A stretch of 29,593 bases of DNA from Raphidiopsis brookii D9. Its GTDB lineage: Bacteria; Cyanobacteriota; Cyanobacteriia; Cyanobacteriales; Nostocaceae. The stretch covers positions 1 through 29,593 of the forward strand of contig ACYB01000017.1 of assembly GCA_000175855.1 (NCBI GenBank), given 5' to 3'. The notes under the pieces were generated by a model. The model was not told the DNA's origin, did no database searches, and was given only the letters and a program-made list of their open reading frames with translations. A program made the position numbers and the translations under genes. Shown piece after piece: positions 26,047-29,593 of this stretch; positions within the stretch are counted from its first letter, which is position 1; every line of letters starts with the position of its first letter.

Positions 26047-26970
26047 ATGCATATACCAGATGGATTTATTTCAGTACCAGTAGCAACAACTACTAGTTTA
26101 GCTAGTGCAGCCGCATTATTCATATCATTGAGGCGATCGCAAACTGCCTTTGGAGTACGTCGAGCTCCCTTACTAGGGTTAACCACAGCCTTTATTTTTG
26201 CTGCCCAGATGGTGAATTTTCCCGTAGCTGGAGGTACGAGTGGACACCTTTCAGGTGCTGCATTAGGAGCAATAATTTTGGGTAGCCCTTGGGCGGGAAC
26301 TCTTTGTTTAGCAACGGTTTTGATTATTCAGGCTGTGTTGTTTGCTGATGGTGGAATTACTGCTTTAGGAGCTAACATTTTAAACTTAGGAGTAATTGGG
26401 GTTTGGGTAGGATGGATATTGACCCAGACCTTACAGCGTTTGTTGGGTGGTTCTGTACAACGTTTACCCTTAGCAGCAGGTATAGCAGCAGGAATTAGTA
26501 TGGTAGTATCAGCGATCGCTTGTGCTATTGAGTTAGCGATTTCTGGGACAGCACCGGTGAACTTAGTCTTACCCAGCATGACGGGTATACATATTCTGAT
26601 TGGTATAGGGGAAGGATTAATTACGGGGGGTGTATTAGCGTATTTAGCCAGATCACGTCCAGACTTACTACCGGGAGAGGAAGAGAAATTTCGGGGATGG
26701 TTAGTACCAGTGGTGAGCATTTTGCTGATTGCTGGAGTTATATCCTTGTTTGCTTCCGCATGGCCAGATGGCTTAGAAAAAGCAGCAGAGAATTTAGGGT
26801 TTATTAACTTGGCCCAAGAGGTAAGAATTGTGGTACCCACCCCCTTTGCTGATTATGAAATTGATGGGTTAGGGCAAATTGGGACAAGCATTACCGGCTT
26901 ATTAGGTGCGGCATCTTGCTTTGCCGTAGCTTTTGGGATTGCTAAGGTAATTAAACCCAAGAATGCTTAA
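26047..26970 (+). CDS. cbiM: ECF transporter substrate-capture component CbiM/NikM fused to a C-terminal PDGLE domain
   Basis: The N-terminus MHIPDGF is the metal-binding CbiM/NikM signature. It is polytopic, with WPDGLEKAAENLGF in the C-terminal extension. Confidence 0.85.
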   Translation: MHIPDGFISVPVATTTSLASAAALFISLRRSQTAFGVRRAPLLGLTTAFIFAAQMVNFPVAGGTSGHLSGAALGAIILGSPWAGTLCLATVLIIQAVLFADGGITALGANILNLGVIGVWVGWILTQTLQRLLGGSVQRLPLAAGIAAGISMVVSAIACAIELAISGTAPVNLVLPSMTGIHILIGIGEGLITGGVLAYLARSRPDLLPGEEEKFRGWLVPVVSILLIAGVISLFASAWPDGLEKAAENLGFINLAQEVRIVVPTPFADYEIDGLGQIGTSITGLLGAASCFAVAFGIAKVIKPKNA

Positions 26971-27610
26971 AATATCCTTGCCATTACGTTTACAACTATC
27001 CCTAATTGTAGTTATTGGAACAGCTTTTTTAAAGTATCACAGTTGGCTGCAATTATACATTTATGGAGCGATCGCCCTAGTATGGGTGGTAATATTAGGG
27101 GTAGAGATAGTCAAACTGGGTGGTTTGCTGGGTGGGGAATTAATTTTCCTGTGTTTGGTAGCATTACCTCTAGGGTGGGAAAAGGCCAGTTTTTTATTAG
27201 TTCGTTCTCTGATTTGTTTAATAGTGATGAACAGCTTTTTACTTACCCTACCACCCCACAGTTTTGGCATTGCGCTCAAAGGATTACCCATTCCTCTAGC
27301 ACTAAAAGAAAATTTACTCCTAGCAGGACAATACCTAGAAATTCTGCTGGCGGAAATTCAGCGTATGCAGCGCGGTGCCCAACTGCGTGGTTTAAGTGGT
27401 ACTAGGGGATGGTTACGTTATGCTAGTGCAGCTATGATTGGTGCTTTGTATTTAAGGACCTTAGAAAGAGCAGAGCGAGTTTATGCTGCTATGATTACTC
27501 GTGGTTACAACGGTCAACTTCCCATGGATTGCCAACCTAACCCGCAAGAACTTTTGACAATTATTTTAGTAATTGTTATTGCTAGTTATATCACTGTTAG
27601 TTCATATTAA
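26963..27610 (+). CDS. cbiQ: ECF transporter transmembrane (T) component CbiQ
   Basis: An 8-bp overlap with cbiM indicates translational coupling. It is hydrophobic, with an AMITRGYNG-type motif. Confidence 0.75.
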   Translation: MLKISLPLRLQLSLIVVIGTAFLKYHSWLQLYIYGAIALVWVVILGVEIVKLGGLLGGELIFLCLVALPLGWEKASFLLVRSLICLIVMNSFLLTLPPHSFGIALKGLPIPLALKENLLLAGQYLEILLAEIQRMQRGAQLRGLSGTRGWLRYASAAMIGALYLRTLERAERVYAAMITRGYNGQLPMDCQPNPQELLTIILVIVIASYITVSSY

Positions 27611-27622
27611 AGTAATTAAGTC

Positions 27623-28195
27623 TTGACATCCTTAACCTCCTATTCTTCCCTAACCAACTTTTTTCCTGAGACCCTTGTCCTGGAAGTGAGAAATCTAATG
27701 TATGCTTATACAAACAAGTATACAATCTTAAAAAATATTTCATTTAAATTAAAAACAGGTGATCGGGTGGCTTTGATTGGTGCTACTGGTTCAGGGAAAA
27801 GCACTCTTTTAGAAAACCTAATTGGGTTAAAGTATCCCCAGAGTGGCACAATTACCATCAATGGGATTCCGGTGGAGCCAAACACCGTGGCAAAAATACG
27901 TAAACAAATTGGATTTGTCTTTCAGGATGCCAATGATCAACTATTTATGCCAACAGTATTAGAAGATATTACCTTTGGACCGCTCAATTATGGTGTCGCA
28001 CCAGCAGTAGCTAAAGAAAATGCTAGACAACTACTAGCTGATTTTGGCTTAGAAAAATATGCCCATCGTTCCCATCATGAACTATCCGGAGGTCAAAGAC
28101 GTTTAGCTGCAATTGCATCAGTATTAGCGTTAGAGCCAGAAATCTTGATTTTAGACGAACCAACCACTGGACTAGATCCAATACTGTTCGGTTAA
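27623..28195 (+). pseudogene. cbiO: ECF/ABC ATPase CbiO, truncated right after Walker B
   Basis: Walker A GATGSGKST, Q-loop, signature LSGGQRR and Walker B ILILDEPTTGLDP are present. The frame then reads ILFG* and the H-loop/C-terminal domain is missing (190 aa versus about 250-280 expected). The TTG start is uncertain. Confidence 0.8.
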
Positions 28196-28266
28196 GGAAA
28201 AAAAGGGGTAAGATCAAGAGAAAAGAGTTCGCGCTTTAATTGCGAGAACAAAGAAAATTGAGAGAC

Positions 28267-28659
28267 TTACTTTTTCTCCTTGAGACTGTTGTATAAGTCA
28301 GCCCAGTTTTGTCGCAGAGAATCAATACATGATTGTAAGTAATCAACCTGAGTCCTCCGAGCAACCGAGAGAACCGCATCAATATGAGCAGGACTTCCAG
28401 CCTTCCCTAAATGCTTGTATTTAGTTAACTTGCCTGGTTGAGAAGTAGGGAAAATGGGTTGAGAAGCGTGTAACTTATAGTACCAATAAACCCCTTGTTT
28501 ACTCCGTGCTTGATAACGGGAAACAGAACAACCAGGAGGCCCGATTTCCCCCGCCGCTTTTATTTGTTGAATCATCAATTGCAAAGTCGCAATCGCTTGT
28601 TGCAACAGTTCCCCTCTGGCAATGAGATCATCTTCTTTTGTGGACATGATCAATAACAT
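28267..28659 (-). CDS. Hypothetical 130-aa protein on the DNA that displaced the cbiO 3' end
   Basis: Complete ORF. The helical N-terminus is followed by SRYQARSKQGVYWYYKLH..KYKHLGKAGS. No family recognised. Confidence 0.45.
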   Translation of the reverse strand: MLLIMSTKEDDLIARGELLQQAIATLQLMIQQIKAAGEIGPPGCSVSRYQARSKQGVYWYYKLHASQPIFPTSQPGKLTKYKHLGKAGSPAHIDAVLSVARRTQVDYLQSCIDSLRQNWADLYNSLKEKK

Positions 28660-28754
28660 TTGTATGTTCTCGAAATATACTCAAGAACTAAGTGACATTT
28701 AATATATTATGACCATTAGACCTAAAATTCCCCAAAAATTTTTGTTTTTAGTAT

Positions 28755-29593
28755 ATGTCACTGGTAAATTTTCAGGTACAAACAGCCTGTCTAAATCCTC
28801 AACAAATATTTTTAGCTTTGTCACAGGTAATTCCGAGTCAAACCATCACCAAGGCTATTGAATCTACTTGTAGTTCTCAACGAAGACTCAGAATATTACC
28901 AACTTATATCATAGTTACCTTAGTCATCGCCATGAGTTTTTGGTCATCTGACTCCATAGTTGATGTGTTCAAAAATCTCATTCATGGTTTGAGTTCTTTA
29001 CACATCCCATCAGGTTTACGTCTTCAAACCCCATCCGCTTCATCAATTACAGAAGCCCGCCAAAGAACCGGAGCAGCTGTCATGAGAAGGTTATTTGAAC
29101 TGGTGGCAAAGCCCTTAGCAACAATATTAACACCTGGTGCTTTTTTAGGGGAATTAAGAATTATGGCTGTGGACGGAACAGTTTTTGATGTTCCAGATAC
29201 TTCCACAAATGCTAGAGTCTTCGGCTATCCTGGTTCTCCTAAAGGGACTTATCCAGGTTTTCCTAAAGTCAGATTAGTATTTTTGGTGGAAGCAGGTACT
29301 CATTTAATTATAGATGCTTTTTGTTATCCCTATCGTATGGGAGAAAGGAGAGGTGCTTTAAAGTTACTACGCAGTATTAATTCTAGTATGTTATTAATGT
29401 GGGACAGAGGATTACATTCTTTTAAGATGGTTCATACTGTCATTAAACAACAAGGAAATTTCCTTGGTCGTGTTCCTGGCAATGTGAAGTTTCAAGTAGT
29501 GAAAACGCTGGCAGATGGTTCTTATTTATCATGGATTGCACCAGATGGACAGTCAAGAAAGAAAGGGAGCAAAAAGAATGGAGGGTCGTATTA
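28755..29593 (+). CDS. IS4-family DDE transposase (N-terminal 279 aa; continues beyond the window)
   Basis: My own translation from the ATG at 28755 gives MSLVNFQVQTACLNPQQIF..RILPTYIIVTLVIAMSFWSSDSIVDVF..LRIMAVDGTVFDVPDTSTNARVFGYPGS..GFPKVRLVFLVEAGTHLIIDA. This is typical of an IS4 N-terminal domain plus the first catalytic D. It is absent from the ORF track because no stop is reached. Confidence 0.8.
   Translation, partial: MSLVNFQVQTACLNPQQIFLALSQVIPSQTITKAIESTCSSQRRLRILPTYIIVTLVIAMSFWSSDSIVDVFKNLIHGLSSLHIPSGLRLQTPSASSITEARQRTGAAVMRRLFELVAKPLATILTPGAFLGELRIMAVDGTVFDVPDTSTNARVFGYPGSPKGTYPGFPKVRLVFLVEAGTHLIIDAFCYPYRMGERRGALKLLRSINSSMLLMWDRGLHSFKMVHTVIKQQGNFLGRVPGNVKFQVVKTLADGSYLSWIAPDGQSRKKGSKKNGGSY

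Noticed and set aside
26328-26840. A 170-aa antisense ORF within cbiM. Similar antisense or alternative-frame ORFs occur at 27043-27405, 27061-27291, 22778-22981, 18810-19064, 18194-18415, 11011-11244, 7636-7974, 6509-6826 and 14222-15235.
   Set aside because: They overlap confidently identified genes, and they are low-complexity or biased in composition (Pro/Thr/Ser-rich mirror frames). They have no RBS and no recognisable domains.

Overview
This is a cyanobacterial chromosomal window. The evidence is frequent HIP1 GCGATCGC palindromes, psbZ, chlB and AT-rich intergenic DNA; a Nostocales-like origin is only an inference. It has three parts.

(1) 1-8200 is an accessory, IS-scarred region. It holds a truncated DDE transposase with an in-frame stop and two direct 3'-end remnants of an IS5-type transposase. 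These remnants bracket a small minus-strand cassette: an APH-fold kinase, a HopA1-like putative phospho-Ser/Thr lyase, and a 58-aa peptide with a double-glycine leader. The 21-aa core of that peptide (CFWPIPKPWPIPRPKPRTPWF) is Pro/Trp/Arg/Lys-rich. The peptide gene sits between two copies of a 296-bp repeat, each carrying a terminator hairpin. Next comes a frameshifted, 3'-truncated CHAT-nSTAND (STAND NTPase) pseudogene flanked by 43-bp direct repeats.

(2) 8200-22500 is mostly housekeeping: a secreted trypsin-like protease fused to about 11 TPRs with a 3 x 306-bp super-repeat, a VOC protein, chlB, DUF3110, gcvP, a ProA paralogue lacking the catalytic Cys, tRNA-Gly(GCC), ribH, psbZ, a DHH-CBS-poly(A)/CCA nucleotidyltransferase fusion, and mobA.

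(3) 22500-29593 is a metal block. It contains a Tat-exported two-domain multicopper oxidase, an HhH lipoprotein and an FTR1 permease (a Fet3/Ftr1-like arrangement). Divergent from these is a cbiM(PDGLE)-cbiQ-cbiO ECF transporter whose ATPase gene is cut off right after Walker B. The inserted DNA there carries an unknown 130-aa gene and an IS4-family transposase that runs off the window.

The best candidate for an undescribed system is the kinase / HopA1-lyase / GG-leader proline-rich peptide cassette. All functional calls come from reading the translations by eye; no database search was run.
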